Positions 62,903 to 64,000 of a DNA stretch of 64,000 nt are shown one piece after another. The translations under genes and the position numbers were made by a program. Positions within the stretch are counted from its first letter, which is position 1. Every line of letters starts with the position of its first letter. The DNA is from an uncultured Gemmatimonadales bacterium (GTDB lineage: Bacteria > Gemmatimonadota > Gemmatimonadetes > Gemmatimonadales > Gemmatimonadaceae): NCBI GenBank assembly GCA_963707505.1, contig CAVPQB010000003.1, forward strand, positions 192,001 through 256,000, read 5' to 3'. The notes beneath the pieces are model-generated. The model was given only the letters and a program-made list of their open reading frames with translations, was not told where the DNA came from and ran no database searches.

Positions 62903-63759
62903 GAGCCGAGGAACGATTCGAGCGCGCGCTTCTTGGAGTGGTGGCGCAGCTTGAGGAGTGCGCGATCCTTGATCTGACGCACGCGCTCGCGCGTCACGCC
63001 CAGCACTTCTCCGATCACCTCGAGCGTCATCGGCTCATCGCCGTCGAGGCCGAAATACATGCGCAGCACCCGTGCTTCGCGTGGCTTGAGGATGAGCAGC
63101 GATTTATGAACGGTTTCAATGAGTGCCTTCTCGAACGTTTCTTCGTCGGGAGGAAGGCGATTTGTGTCGGCAAGGTGATCTATTAGCGAGTTGTCCTCGC
63201 CCGGCGTCATCGGAGCGTCGAGCGAAACGTGCGTGTGCGAGATCGCCATCGTGCGCGCGACCTCTTCCTCGGAGATGCCCATCCCTTCGGCGATTTCCAG
63301 ATGCGTCGGCTCGCGCCCGAGGTCCTGCAACAGCATCGCGGCCCGCTTACCGATCCGGTGCAGATCTCCCGCACGGTTGAGCGGCACGCGAACGATCCGC
63401 GACTGCTCGGCGAGTGCCTGCAGAATCGCCTGGCGGATCCACCAGACCGCGTAGGAGATGAACTTGATCCCCTTGGTCTCGTCGAAACGTTTGGCGGCGC
63501 GCATCAGTCCCAGATTTCCCTCGTTAATTAGATCCGAGAGATTGACGCCCTGGTTCTGATATTTTTTTGCAACCGACACGACGAAGCGGAGATTTGCACG
63601 AACCAGCTGGTTCATCGCCTCCTCGTCGCCCGCGCGAATGCCGATGGCCAGCGCAGCTTCAGCCTCGCGGGAGATCAGTGGGTATGCACTGATGTCCCGC
63701 AGATACTGATCCAGCAGGCCCTCATCAACAAATTCCTTTCGCTTGGACGGCAGCTTCAT
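62899..63759 (-). CDS. sigma-70 family RNA polymerase sigma factor (RpoD-like, no region 1.1)
   Basis: LDQYLRDI (1.2), NLRFVVSVAKKY, DLINEGNLGL, KFISYAVWWIRQ, TRERVRQI. 286 aa. Confidence 0.93.
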   Translation of the reverse strand: MKLPSKRKEFVDEGLLDQYLRDISAYPLISREAEAALAIGIRAGDEEAMNQLVRANLRFVVSVAKKYQNQGVNLSDLINEGNLGLMRAAKRFDETKGIKFISYAVWWIRQAILQALAEQSRIVRVPLNRAGDLHRIGKRAAMLLQDLGREPTHLEIAEGMGISEEEVARTMAISHTHVSLDAPMTPGEDNSLIDHLADTNRLPPDEETFEKALIETVHKSLLILKPREARVLRMYFGLDGDEPMTLEVIGEVLGVTRERVRQIKDRALLKLRHHSKKRALESFLGS

Positions 63760-63836
63760 CCGTTCTAATTCTACCCGGCCACCAACAGGTTGAAAGGGGG
63801 CCTGCCATCATACGATGCGGCCAGTCGGTAATCGAG

Positions 63837-64000
63837 TTATCGAACGATCGTTCCAAGCCGCTTCCACCGCGCGTTCGTGAGCCAGCTCCAGTTCGATGCA
63901 GAATCGGGCCGGTAGCTGAAATACACGAACATCGGCTGGCCGCGAACGAGAGAGTCCGGCACGAAGCCCCAGTACCGGCTGTCGAGCGAATTGTCGCGAT
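63837..64000 (-). CDS. lepB: signal peptidase I, C-terminal part (5' end outside the window)
   Basis: Manual translation RDNSLDSRYWGFVPDSLVRGQPMFVYFSY..RWKRLGTIVR*. Confidence 0.9.
   Translation of the reverse strand, partial: RDNSLDSRYWGFVPDSLVRGQPMFVYFSYRPDSASNWSWLTNARWKRLGTIVR

Overview
This is a GC-rich bacterial core-chromosome segment. Gene content and order, plus a sigma-70 lacking region 1.1, suggest Gemmatimonadota or another FCB-group lineage (inference, not checked by search). It holds about 55 mostly housekeeping CDS: branched-chain/fatty-acyl catabolism, thrS, valS, gltX, purN/purH, gmhB/hldD, lexA, a DinG-family helicase, pdxJ, ispE, prs-rplY-pth-ychF, rpsF-rpsR-rplI, rsfS, smc, aroF, lolA, tmk, prfA/prmC, rpmE, lnt, rimO, a sigma-70 and lepB. 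There are three tRNAs (Ser-TGA, Ser-GCT, Gln-TTG), two clusters of CGTC-type REP palindromes and a G-rich 11-bp tandem repeat. I see no prophage, integrase, transposase, CRISPR array or defence system. About 20 small frameshifts in 12 otherwise intact genes point to uncorrected long-read errors, so apparent fusions or splits (e.g. ThrRS-thiolase) are probably artefacts. Best candidates for undescribed biology, all hypotheses: (1) a Bacteroidota-like general protein O-glycosylation system, suggested by D-[ST]-[AILVMT] sequon enrichment in exported proteins plus a DUF2723/TMEM260-type GT-C and a flippase-like protein; (2) a propeller-SPOR lipoprotein / pseudo-ATPase-TM-SPOR / SMC gene cluster; (3) a POTRA-less metallopeptidase-propeller-Omp85 protein coupled to rsfS; (4) a recurrent TAnnTT element 6-9 nt before SD-less start codons, suggesting widespread leaderless mRNAs.
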